This document shows, in pieces, positions 39,169 through 47,956 of a DNA stretch of 64,000 nucleotides; the first letter of the stretch is position 1, and each line of letters opens with the position of its first letter. A model generated the notes under the pieces. The model did no database searches. It worked only from the letters and a program-made list of their open reading frames with translations, and was not told where the DNA came from. This DNA comes from Minisyncoccota bacterium (GTDB lineage: Bacteria; Patescibacteriota; Minisyncoccia; Phycocordibacterales; SBAW01), in NCBI GenBank assembly GCA_035546575.1, contig DASZWN010000002.1:96681-160680 (forward strand), given 5' to 3'. Made by a program: the position numbers and the translations under genes.

Positions 39169-39444
39169 TCATTGTGGCCGTGGCATATGCGGCAGCTCGC
39201 ACCCATTGCGTGCGCTCGTCCAAGCATGTAGCTCGCTGATACTCGTCGGCTGCCACCCATCTTCCGATGTGGAAGTTCTTGCATCGCCGAGGCAGTAGGG
39301 CGAGAGCGTTACAGGCTCCCAATGCTTGACGACAGGATAGACGAACTCTCGCGAGTAAATTTCAGGATCTTCTCGAGCGAGCACGGTTGATGCAGATAGA
39401 ATCAAGACAGACAGAACAATCGTACCAGCGGACAACCTCCTCAT
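39169..39444 (-). CDS. Secreted orphan protein
   Basis: Signal peptide (VLA-R), two Cys, TAAGGAG SD. Confidence 0.6.
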   Translation of the reverse strand: MRRLSAGTIVLSVLILSASTVLAREDPEIYSREFVYPVVKHWEPVTLSPYCLGDARTSTSEDGWQPTSISELHAWTSARNGCELPHMPRPQ

Positions 39445-39563
39445 GAGTGTGCTCCTTAGGCCGCCATGGCCTAGTGGCTAGTATGCGTTTCGCTCATTAA
39501 AAGTGCAACTCTTGGCTACCAACACTATGCAAAGTGAGTGGTATACTGGAACTATAAGGATCC

Positions 39564-41237
39564 ATGAGCGCTCTTTCCGATGATCTTAAAAAGGTTATTC
39601 GTGGCGAGGTAGATGACACCCCCATGATGCTCGAAAAGTTTTCGCGCGATGCGAGTCTTTTTGTAGTAAAACCAGAAGTAATCGTCCGGCCCAAAGACGC
39701 GGCCGATGTGGAGGCGCTGGTGCGCTATGTGAGCGAGAAAAAACAGGTGCCTAAAACTCATTTGTCTATTACGGCACGCGCCGCAGGTACCGATATGTCG
39801 GGCGGGCCGCTCACCGACTCGATCGTACTCGATACGACCGCGCACTTTAACAAGATCCTGGAAGTGCGCGATATGCGTGCCACCGTTGAGCCCGGGGTGT
39901 TCTTTAGAGACTTTGACAAAGAAACAAAAAAACAAAATCTGGAGCTGCCTTCCTACACCGCTTCGCGCGAGCTCAACACGGTAGGCGGCATGGTAGGCAA
40001 CAATTCCGGGGGCGAAAAGAATTTAAAATACGGCAAAACCGCGCGCTATGTTGAGGAGCTCGAGGTAGTGCTTTACGACGGCAAGGTCCACACGCTTAAA
40101 AAATTAGAAGGGGAGGCGCTCTCGCGTAAACTCGCAGAAGATGGTTTTGAGGGCGACCTCTATCGCCGCGCGGCACGCATTGTCTCGACCGCGGAACATA
40201 AAAAAACAATCGAGGCTGCCAAACCGCATGTTGAAAAGAATTCCTCCGGCTACGCGCTGTGGGACATCGGCGACGGCACCTCCTCGCTTAATCTCGCTCG
40301 GCTCATGGTTGGCGCGCAAGGTACGCTTGGCATCATCACCAAAATAAAATTTAGCCTCGTGCACCCCAAACCGTATGCAGCGATGGTTATCATGTTCCTC
40401 GATTCGCTTTCGGAGTTGGGCGAAATAGTACCAGAGGTCTTAACGTGCGAGCCCGACAGCTTTGAGTCATACGATGACCACACGTTTGCGCTTGCGGTAA
40501 AATATTTTCCTGAGTTTGCGAGCCAGATGAAGGCGGGGATTATTAGCCTCGGCATCTCGTTTCTGCCCGAGGTATGGATGGCGCTCACCGGCGGTATACC
40601 AAAGCTTATTCTGATGGCCGAATTCCGTGGGCACACGCAGGAAGAGGCTATAGTGCAGGCGCACAAGCTTGTAGCTCTAATCAAGAAGAACAAAAGCCAT
40701 ATCAAAGTGCGCGTCGCACGCAACGAGGCTGCGACGCGCAAATACTGGACTATCCGCCGCGAGAGTTTTAGCTTGTTGCGCAAAAAAATCCGCGGCAAGC
40801 GCACGGCGCCGTTTATCGACGACTTTGTCGTGCCGCCTGCAGTGCTGCCGGAGTTTTTACCAAAGCTCGAAGCGGTGCTGTCAAAATACGATCTCACGTA
40901 TACCGTGGCGGGGCATGTGGGCGACGGTAACTTCCATATTATTCCGCTAGTCGACCCGAAAGATCCCACAGTTGCAAAGACAATTGACGAGCTTTCGCAT
41001 ACAGTCTACGATCTGGTGCTCCAGTATCATGGTTCGATCTCGGGCGAGCACAACGACGGTCTGATCCGCACGCCCTATGTGGAGCAGATGTTCGGTCCCG
41101 CCATGTACGCGCTCTTTCTGGAGGTTAAAGCGCTCTTCGACCCGCAAAACATCTTTAACCCGGGCAAAAAAGTCGGTGCCAACTTTAGCGACTCCCTCGC
41201 CAAGCTTGACCTCCCCTCGGTTCAAGCTAAAAAGTAG
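39564..41237 (+). CDS. FAD-binding oxidoreductase (GlcD/D-lactate dehydrogenase-like)
   Basis: ARAAGTDMSGG, VEPG, GGMVGNNSGG, GAQGTLGIIT, GHVGDGNFH, SGEHNDG, FNPGK. Confidence 0.88.
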   Translation: MSALSDDLKKVIRGEVDDTPMMLEKFSRDASLFVVKPEVIVRPKDAADVEALVRYVSEKKQVPKTHLSITARAAGTDMSGGPLTDSIVLDTTAHFNKILEVRDMRATVEPGVFFRDFDKETKKQNLELPSYTASRELNTVGGMVGNNSGGEKNLKYGKTARYVEELEVVLYDGKVHTLKKLEGEALSRKLAEDGFEGDLYRRAARIVSTAEHKKTIEAAKPHVEKNSSGYALWDIGDGTSSLNLARLMVGAQGTLGIITKIKFSLVHPKPYAAMVIMFLDSLSELGEIVPEVLTCEPDSFESYDDHTFALAVKYFPEFASQMKAGIISLGISFLPEVWMALTGGIPKLILMAEFRGHTQEEAIVQAHKLVALIKKNKSHIKVRVARNEAATRKYWTIRRESFSLLRKKIRGKRTAPFIDDFVVPPAVLPEFLPKLEAVLSKYDLTYTVAGHVGDGNFHIIPLVDPKDPTVAKTIDELSHTVYDLVLQYHGSISGEHNDGLIRTPYVEQMFGPAMYALFLEVKALFDPQNIFNPGKKVGANFSDSLAKLDLPSVQAKK

Positions 41238-41252
41238 GCGCGGCTATTTGTG

Positions 41253-41285
41253 CCCGTCTCGCCGAAGACGCCGAGTCGAGGCGGG
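41253..41285. repeat. Hairpin repeat sharing an 18-mer with 23273-23290
   Basis: CCCGTCTCGCCGAAGACG at both sites. Confidence 0.6.
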
Positions 41286-41319
41286 TACCGCAAAATAGGT
41301 AAAAGAGTACAATGGCGGC

Positions 41320-42462
41320 ATGAGCGAGCCATTGGCATCTAAGATACGCCCAACAACGCTGGAGGAGTTTGTTGGGCAGGAGCACCTCGTTGGCCCAGGC
41401 AAGCCGCTCTACGAGGCTATCGAGCGCGGACACCTATTCTCTTTTATCTTGTGGGGCCCGCCGGGGAGCGGCAAAACAACGCTTGCACGTATCTATGCCA
41501 ACGCGCTCGACGCCGAGTTCCACGAGCTTTCGGCTGTCGACTCCGGCAAAGAAGACATTAAACGTGTGGTGGGCGACAGGAACTCGCTCCAATTTTCTGT
41601 AAAACCGAAGATACTCTTTATCGACGAGATCCACCGCTTTAACAAAGCGCAGCAAGACTTCCTCTTGCCCTATGTTGAGCGCGGCGAGCTGACACTCATT
41701 GGCGCAACGACCGAGAACCCGAGCTTTGAGGTTATCCCCGCGCTGCTCTCGCGCTGCCGTGTGTTTGTGTTAAACGAGCATACCGAGGGCGATATGGACT
41801 CTATTATCAAGCGTACAAAACTGAAGGTGCCTAAAGATGCGCGCGACTGGCTTGTTGAGATGGCCGGAGGCGACGCGCGGCAGGCAATCACCGTGCTTGA
41901 GAACACACAAAAGCTATACGGCAAGATTACAATCGAGACGCTTAAGGAGAGTATCCAGAGCCGGCATCTGCGCTACGACAAAAAGGGCGAGGAGCACTAC
42001 AACACCATCAGTGCTTTTATTAAGAGCATGCGTGCCTCGCAACCCGATGCTGCACTCTACTATCTGGCCCGGATGGTTGAGGCGGGGGAGGACCCACTCT
42101 TTATTGCCCGCCGCATGGTGATATTTGCGAGCGAGGACGTGGGGCTTGCGGTCCCAACGGCGTTGGTGGTAGCAAACGCTGTGTTTGAGGCATGCGAGAA
42201 GATAGGCTACCCCGAGTGCACACTCAATCTCGCCCAGGGTGTGGCGTATTTGGCACAGTGCAAAAAGGACAGAAGCGCCAACGACGCGATAGGCGAGGCC
42301 ATGGAGGATGTGCGTAAGTTTGGCAACCTGCCTATCCCGCTCAAGATCCGCAATGCGCCCACCAAGCTGATGAAGGATCTTAAGTACGGCAAAGGATACG
42401 AAAAGTATGACAAAGAAAGTTACCTGCCCGAGAAGCTAAAAAATAAAAAATATTTGAAATAG
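41320..42462 (+). CDS. rarA: Replication-associated recombination protein A
   Basis: GPPGSGKTT, DEIHRFNKAQQD, GATTENPSF, ISAFIKSMR, ASEDVG. Confidence 0.96.
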   Translation: MSEPLASKIRPTTLEEFVGQEHLVGPGKPLYEAIERGHLFSFILWGPPGSGKTTLARIYANALDAEFHELSAVDSGKEDIKRVVGDRNSLQFSVKPKILFIDEIHRFNKAQQDFLLPYVERGELTLIGATTENPSFEVIPALLSRCRVFVLNEHTEGDMDSIIKRTKLKVPKDARDWLVEMAGGDARQAITVLENTQKLYGKITIETLKESIQSRHLRYDKKGEEHYNTISAFIKSMRASQPDAALYYLARMVEAGEDPLFIARRMVIFASEDVGLAVPTALVVANAVFEACEKIGYPECTLNLAQGVAYLAQCKKDRSANDAIGEAMEDVRKFGNLPIPLKIRNAPTKLMKDLKYGKGYEKYDKESYLPEKLKNKKYLK

Positions 42463-42503
42463 AAAAGGCCGCGCGTTGCCGCGCGGCCCGAATTCGTCAT
42501 TCG

Positions 42504-43136
42504 TCAGTCGCCCCAATTTGTCTTTCTGATTGCTTCCTCGAGCAGTCCACTCAGGCTCTTGAGGGAGGTAGGAAACTGCTTGAGATACACGTCTTTGTCT
42601 ATGCAGACAGACAACCCGAGTGTAGCCAGCGAAAGAAATATGCTGCTGCATTCCACGCCCTCGAGGAGATATTCGACTCCTTCCGGGAGCTTGAATGGCC
42701 CGATGAAGCCGTTAAATCTCTCCCGCAGGCTGTGTTGTACGACCCGCTCCTGCGGATATCCAACTATAGGGAACTGGTTGTCGCCAATTTTCATCGAGAG
42801 AGAAACTTTGCAGTTCCCATAGGATCGGTCGTCCTCGTGGCAGTGAAAGATGAGCCGCGAGGTAACGGTTTCTTGGATTTTGAGGGTAAGGGAGTTTTCG
42901 TAAGGCAGGCTCCCTGGCTTGTCGGTAGGGCGTGTTTCAAAGACTGCTTTTACTTCCTCACTGTACTTTCCGTAGAATCGCAGATACTGTTTTCGTTCGC
43001 GGCCTATCATGCTTGGACGATGATCCCACTCGATACGGGTAGTCACGATTTCGTAGAGCGAAATGCCAGGGTAGGATCCATCGAGTTCCGCGATAAATCG
43101 CATCATCGAGGGCAGTCTAGGTTCAAAAGAGGCCAT
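42504..43136 (-). CDS. Hypothetical (orphan) protein
   Basis: 210-aa ORF, AGGAG SD. Confidence 0.65.
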   Translation of the reverse strand: MASFEPRLPSMMRFIAELDGSYPGISLYEIVTTRIEWDHRPSMIGRERKQYLRFYGKYSEEVKAVFETRPTDKPGSLPYENSLTLKIQETVTSRLIFHCHEDDRSYGNCKVSLSMKIGDNQFPIVGYPQERVVQHSLRERFNGFIGPFKLPEGVEYLLEGVECSSIFLSLATLGLSVCIDKDVYLKQFPTSLKSLSGLLEEAIRKTNWGD

Positions 43137-43334
43137 GATGGCATCTCTCCTGTTTGAGGTTTCAAAGGACAGTAATCGGAATTGGACCGAAGTGTACTGC
43201 CACGAGTGATACTACTTTGTCTGTTTTAAATATCAAGAAGACAAAAATATTTGAAATAAATTTCTTATTGTGTTTGTATAATAATCGGCTGAGATCATTT
43301 TTGTTTTTGCTCAACAGACGGGAAAGGGACGATA

Positions 43335-43505
43335 GTGTTTCCTCGTTTTAATCCTCCGTATCGGATGCCTGTGAAGCCGGGTATCAAGCGAATTCCGCTG
43401 GAAGACGCGCGCGATACCGGCGGCACAAGCATTCCACCAAAACACAGGCCCGGAAAGGTGCCAAAACCAAATCCAAACAAACCTTCCGCGAAGCGGAAGG
43501 AATAA
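43335..43505 (+). CDS. Small Pro/Lys-rich orphan (56 aa)
   Basis: Hand translation MFPRFNPPYRMPVKPGIKRIPLEDARDTGGTSIPPKHRPGKVPKPNPNKPSAKRKE; TATAAT upstream, AGGGA SD, hairpin downstream. Confidence 0.45.
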   Translation: MFPRFNPPYRMPVKPGIKRIPLEDARDTGGTSIPPKHRPGKVPKPNPNKPSAKRKE

Positions 43506-43543
43506 AAGCAATTAGGGCGGGCGTCTTGTTAGACGTCCGCCCT

Positions 43544-44182
43544 TTAACGATGGAACAGATTCAGCTGCCGTCTCGCCAACTTCTCGTCGGCTAAACGTTG
43601 AGCAGTTGCCTGCCGAGTGAGTGCCGCCTTGGCACGCTGTCGAGCTCGGAGAATGGCCAGCACTCTCGCATGGATATTCTCGAAGTCCTCCGGTTTGATC
43701 CAAAGAAAGTTTTCGAGTCCTGTGCGAGTGAGCTCAGCCAGGTCCCAGTGCTCTGCAAGGGGGCGAAAGCGAGCTCGCCAGCGACTGATGTAGTTGGCGA
43801 TGCCTTCGTCCGAGATCGGTCCAGAGTACACCCTGTCTAACTCGGCACCTGATAAGTCAACCGGACGAGGGATTGCCTCGATGTTGATCACCACAGGGCG
43901 CCGCACGACAGAACCGTAATCGGGTGCCTCAAGCAGTCCAGCCTCGTGGCGTAGACGGGTTTTCCAGCCCTTGAGCGCATTTTGAGTGCGCACGCCGGCT
44001 TCTACCTCGCTTCGAAACATCTCGACATCCTCGGGGAGTTTTCCCTCCGGGGGTAACCGCTTCATGTAGCAAACGAATCCGCGTACGGCGACGTCAAGGT
44101 ATCCCCATCGGCCGCTTTGGCGAACTCGATCTGCAAATTGGCTCTGCTGATAGAGCCAGACGAAGCCTGCTACTGCAGACAT
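43544..44182 (-). CDS. Orphan protein with C-terminal QLNLF motif
   Basis: 212-aa ORF, TAATG-coupled to the upstream ORF. Confidence 0.65.
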   Translation of the reverse strand: MSAVAGFVWLYQQSQFADRVRQSGRWGYLDVAVRGFVCYMKRLPPEGKLPEDVEMFRSEVEAGVRTQNALKGWKTRLRHEAGLLEAPDYGSVVRRPVVINIEAIPRPVDLSGAELDRVYSGPISDEGIANYISRWRARFRPLAEHWDLAELTRTGLENFLWIKPEDFENIHARVLAILRARQRAKAALTRQATAQRLADEKLARRQLNLFHR

Positions 44183-44397
44183 TATGCCGCCTTAGGCAAT
44201 GCCACGGCGCCGAGTTTTGCGATCTCGGCGAGGGCGTTGGCGACGATCGTCTTAGTGGGTTGGCGAGGGGCGCAATCGTGTATGCGTTCCCAGCTTACCC
44301 AAATTCTGCCGCGTTCACCGACGTCGCGGAAGATCAGCTCCCAACTCGGGGCAATGACCCTCCATTCGCCTTCAGTCACTTTTATTGCTTTAAGCAC
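44182..44397 (-). CDS. Small orphan (71 aa)
   Basis: GAGGAG SD before GTG 44397; stop overlaps the next ATG. Confidence 0.55.
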   Translation of the reverse strand: MLKAIKVTEGEWRVIAPSWELIFRDVGERGRIWVSWERIHDCAPRQPTKTIVANALAEIAKLGAVALPKAA

Positions 44398-44463
44398 TTT
44401 GGCTTCTCCTCGTCTCAAAGTTCAACTGGTATATATGATACCACAAACTCACCTGAATTGCAA

Positions 44464-44483
44464 CCTGCCTGCCGGTAGGCAGG
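44464..44483. repeat. REP-like palindrome, 20 nt, intergenic
   Basis: CCTGCCTGCCGGTAGGCAGG. Confidence 0.8.
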
Positions 44484-44513
44484 GTGAAGTGGGGATAATC
44501 CTTATTTTAGGGC

Positions 44514-44963
44514 CTAAAATAGCCCTTCTACGATTTCTTTAACGACCGTGCCGTCGGCTTTGCCTTTGAGGTCCTTCATCAACATGCCCATCAATTTGTT
44601 AGCGCCGGTTTTGTCGGTCACGCCCATCTCAGCGGCTTTTGCTTTTGCAGCAGCAGTGATCTCGTCGCGAGACATCTGAGTGGGGAGCATGGTCTCTAGT
44701 ATTGCGAGCTCGGCCTGCTCAGACTCGGCAAGCTCGGGGCGGCCGCCGGCGGTAAATTGCTCGATAGAATCTTTGCGCTGCTTTGCGGCGCGGATAATAA
44801 CATTCAGGAGGTCCTCGTCGGAGAGCATCTCGTCCGGCTTGCGCCCCTTGGCAACAAGCTCGTTGGTTGCCGCCGCAGAAAGTCCGCGCAATACGCTCAA
44901 ACGTACCGTGTCCTTAGCGCGCATAGCGTCCTTAATAGCCTCCTTCAATTCTTGGTGTGTCAT
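44514..44963 (-). CDS. GatB/YqeY domain protein
   Basis: AMRAKD..RLSVLR, KQRKDSIEQF..GGRPELAESE, GKADG. Confidence 0.93.
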   Translation of the reverse strand: MTHQELKEAIKDAMRAKDTVRLSVLRGLSAAATNELVAKGRKPDEMLSDEDLLNVIIRAAKQRKDSIEQFTAGGRPELAESEQAELAILETMLPTQMSRDEITAAAKAKAAEMGVTDKTGANKLMGMLMKDLKGKADGTVVKEIVEGLF

Positions 44964-44998
44964 AGGTATAGTGTATCAAAAAGTGCTAAAATGGCCAT

Positions 44999-46003
44999 AT
45001 GGACCCGCTCATTATTCTTCTGTTAGTGCTCGTTGCCGGCAATTTGGTGATGGTCTTTTTGCTTTGGCAAAAGGGCAATACTGCTGTAGAACCGCCGCCG
45101 CAAGACATGCAGGGGTTCGTGCTTCTGCAAAACCAGCTTTCGCAGTTGACCGGCACGATAGATAGCAAACTCATGGACGTGATACGGGGAGTTGCAGAAA
45201 ATAAAGAGTCTACCAAGCAGGTATTCACCATTGCCGAGCAACTCCAAAATCTCGAGAAGGTGCTCAAGCACCAAAAGCAACGCGGCAACTTGGGCGAGGC
45301 ATCGCTTGAGCTGATTTTGGCAAACATCCTGCCGCCGGGCGCCTACCAGATGCAGTACGAGTTCCCGGGCGGCGAAACAGTCGATGCTGTCATACAAACT
45401 AAAGAGGGCGTGATCCCGATAGACGCCAAGTTCAGCCTCGACAACTACCAGCGGCTCATTAACGCTATCGATGACAATCAAAAGGCGGAACTTGAGAAGC
45501 AGTTTAAGAACGACCTTAAGCTACGCATTGATGAGACATCTAAATATGTGCGCCCTAAGGACGGCACGCTCCCGTTTGCCTTTATGTATATCCCTGCGGA
45601 GGCTATCTACTACGATCTCCTTATCAACGAGGTAGGCTCGGTCAAGGTAAACACGCGCAATTTAATCGACTATGCGTATAACGAAAAGAAGGTGATTATT
45701 GTCTCGCCAACGACCTTTGCTGCATATCTGCAGTCGGTGTTGTATGGCTTTAAGGCGTTTAAGATCGAGGAGCAAGCCAAGGATATTGCCAAGAATGTCG
45801 AGGCGCTCGGGAGGCACATCAACGCGTACCAGGAGTTTTATAAAAAGCTTGGGACATCGCTCTCGACAACCGTTAACCATTTTAATGCTGGTACCAAAGA
45901 GCTCGGTAAGATAGAAAAGGATGTGCTCCGCATCGACGCCTCGGCGGACATTGCGATAGATGTGCCGCTGATAGATAAGCCGATTTTGGAGGGGAGAGAG
46001 TAA
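44999..46003 (+). CDS. rmuC: DNA recombination protein RmuC
   Basis: RGNLGE, DAVI, PIDAKF, FAFMYIPAEAIY, VSPTT. Confidence 0.92.
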   Translation: MDPLIILLLVLVAGNLVMVFLLWQKGNTAVEPPPQDMQGFVLLQNQLSQLTGTIDSKLMDVIRGVAENKESTKQVFTIAEQLQNLEKVLKHQKQRGNLGEASLELILANILPPGAYQMQYEFPGGETVDAVIQTKEGVIPIDAKFSLDNYQRLINAIDDNQKAELEKQFKNDLKLRIDETSKYVRPKDGTLPFAFMYIPAEAIYYDLLINEVGSVKVNTRNLIDYAYNEKKVIIVSPTTFAAYLQSVLYGFKAFKIEEQAKDIAKNVEALGRHINAYQEFYKKLGTSLSTTVNHFNAGTKELGKIEKDVLRIDASADIAIDVPLIDKPILEGRE

Positions 46004-46079
46004 AAAAGGGCCACCTCGGGTGAGGTGGCCAGTTTTGTGCCTCAGGGGACCAAGGCACTGAAAGTGATATCTATTTATT

Positions 46080-46172
46080 CTAGTGTTGGCGCTCGTGCCA
46101 TCCTGCAAAGAGGAATAGTATTGCGCCTGAACCGATGACAACCAGTAGGGCGTAGAAGGCATTCGCCCACAT
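46080..46172 (-). CDS. 30-aa single-TM peptide
   Basis: MWANAFYALLVVIGSGAILFLFAGWHERQH; TAAGGAGG SD. Confidence 0.55.
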   Translation of the reverse strand: MWANAFYALLVVIGSGAILFLFAGWHERQH

Positions 46173-46307
46173 GACGATTCCTCCTTATTATTCCAGCCGC
46201 CCTAACACTACTCCTACCCCAATAAACTTCAAGCGAGTAGTACACAGAATTGATGAAGAGTTAATTTTGTTGTATGGTGCGTGGAGAGTTTTGTTTGGAG
46301 AAGAAAC

Positions 46308-46676
46308 ATGGCTGCACTACAGCTCCCAAAGGTCACGAGACTCATGGCTTTCCCCATGCAGAAGGGCGAACTTCGCGGCTTCTGCACTATCCTCAAAATG
46401 GCCGTCGGCTCGAAGGTGGTTTCTGCGCCGCTGATCGAGGAGTGGCTTACCTTTCTCACCTCTACGGTCTTGGGGGGCGGGCTTTCAACCCGACATAAAA
46501 ACCTCGGTTATCCAAAACCACTCATTGTGGGTAACCCAGTCGAGGCCGTTCTGCGTCTTGAGTGGCTCAAAAAGATTCCGGGACAATCGGACAGTTTTGC
46601 TCACTTTTCAGTCAGGGGTGTGAGTAACAACGAGACGGTGGTTGAGGGAGACTTTACGGTCATTGTTCCACCCTAA
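46308..46676 (+). CDS. Putative hotdog-fold protein
   Basis: YPKPLIVGNPVEA..NNETVVEG resembles MaoC/thioesterase C-terminal strands; GGAG SD. Confidence 0.5.
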   Translation: MAALQLPKVTRLMAFPMQKGELRGFCTILKMAVGSKVVSAPLIEEWLTFLTSTVLGGGLSTRHKNLGYPKPLIVGNPVEAVLRLEWLKKIPGQSDSFAHFSVRGVSNNETVVEGDFTVIVPP

Positions 46677-46749
46677 GACTCCCAAGTATCTGCAGGCCCG
46701 GAACCCACTCCGGGCTTGTTTTTTTTATAAAATAGGCTATATTAGAGCC

Positions 46750-47088
46750 GTGGAAAAGGAATTTGCCATTATAGAGACCGGCGGAAAGCAGTATATGGTT
46801 TCCGAGGGCGATACCGTAAAAATCGAGAAAATCAAGGGCCAGGAGCCTAATAAAGAGCTTAAGGCTGGCGACTCGATTGTCTTTGATCGTGTCTTAATGG
46901 TAGATAATGGCTCTGACACCACTATCGGCGAGCCGTACATCAAGGGCGCTAAGGTCTCGGCTGAGATCAAGAAAATTGCCAAGGCAAAGAAGGTTGTGGT
47001 TATCAAATACAAGGCAAAGTCCAACTATTTTAAAAAGCGCGGCCATCGCCAGCCGTTTTTCGAGGTCAAAATAACGAAGCTCGCGTAG
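46750..47088 (+). CDS. rplU: 50S ribosomal protein L21
   Basis: FAIIETGGKQY, KKRGHRQPF; GTG 46750. Confidence 0.97.
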   Translation: MEKEFAIIETGGKQYMVSEGDTVKIEKIKGQEPNKELKAGDSIVFDRVLMVDNGSDTTIGEPYIKGAKVSAEIKKIAKAKKVVVIKYKAKSNYFKKRGHRQPFFEVKITKLA

Positions 47089-47095
47089 TACTCCA

Positions 47096-47181
47096 CAAAA
47101 CCTGCAGGAAAAAAGTCTTTAGCCCCATTTCGCTTCGCGAAACGGCACGCCCCCACCTAGACTTTTTTCCTGCAGGTTTTG
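47096..47181. repeat. Structured repeat element copy A (23-bp arms around a conserved core)
   Basis: CAAAACCTGCAGGAAAAAAGTCT..AGACTTTTTTCCTGCAGGTTTTG enclosing TTAGCCCCA and CGGCACGCCCCCACCT. Confidence 0.75.
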
Positions 47182-47186
47182 CTCCG

Positions 47187-47804
47187 TTATTGCCTTGACG
47201 AAAGTGCGTCGGCGATGGTGTCCGGGTCGGCGTACTCGAGCTCGCTGCCGGTGGAGAGGCCGCGACCAAGCGAGGATAGTTTAAAGTTAAATCCTTCGGA
47301 CATGGGGCGCAGTTTTTCTGCCAATATCTGCCGGGTATGGTCTCCCTCGGTGGTGGCAGAGAGGCCCAAGATCAGCTCGGTGAGCACCAGGTCGCTGCCG
47401 TCGCGCTCGACGCGGCTGACAAGCTCTTTTGCGCGGATATGCTTCTCGGGCTCCTCGGCTGCGAGCGGCACCGTGCCGCCTAGCACAAAGTAGAGGCCGC
47501 GGTAGCCGCTGCGCTCCACGTTGTCTATGTCAGCATCTTTCTCGACGACGAATATAAGCGCCTTGTTGCGCTTGGGGTTGTTGCAAATAGAACAGAGCGT
47601 CTGATTGTCATTATTCTTGACCGACCAGCGGAAGCATTCCTCGCACTGGAAGGTATTGCTGCCGAGCCGGCTTATGTCTTGGGCCAGGGCCGCGCGGAAA
47701 GCATTCTGCTGCGTGAGCAGAAATTGCACAAAGCGGCGCGACTGGCGGGGGCCAATGCCGGGGAAACGCTGGAATGCCTCGGTAAGCCTGTCGATCGGAT
47801 TCAT
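47187..47804 (-). CDS. recR: Recombination mediator RecR
   Basis: FPGIGPR, CEEC..CSIC, VVE, YFVLGG, TTEGDHT, ELEYAD. Confidence 0.96.
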   Translation of the reverse strand: MNPIDRLTEAFQRFPGIGPRQSRRFVQFLLTQQNAFRAALAQDISRLGSNTFQCEECFRWSVKNNDNQTLCSICNNPKRNKALIFVVEKDADIDNVERSGYRGLYFVLGGTVPLAAEEPEKHIRAKELVSRVERDGSDLVLTELILGLSATTEGDHTRQILAEKLRPMSEGFNFKLSSLGRGLSTGSELEYADPDTIADALSSRQ

Positions 47805-47836
47805 AGGCTAAGTGTAACAAACCTAGCAAAGAAAAA

Positions 47837-47956
47837 GCAGTCCTGGAGTTCTCGCTCTCAAAAAGTCCTTAGCCCCACTTTTTTATAGTCGCTTTGCTCC
47901 TTAAAAAAGCGGCACGCCCCCACCTGGACTTTTCTCCAGCGAAACTCCACGACTGC
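47837..47956. repeat. Structured repeat element copy B
   Basis: Same core TTAGCCCCA..CGGCACGCCCCCACCT within different outer arms. Confidence 0.75.
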
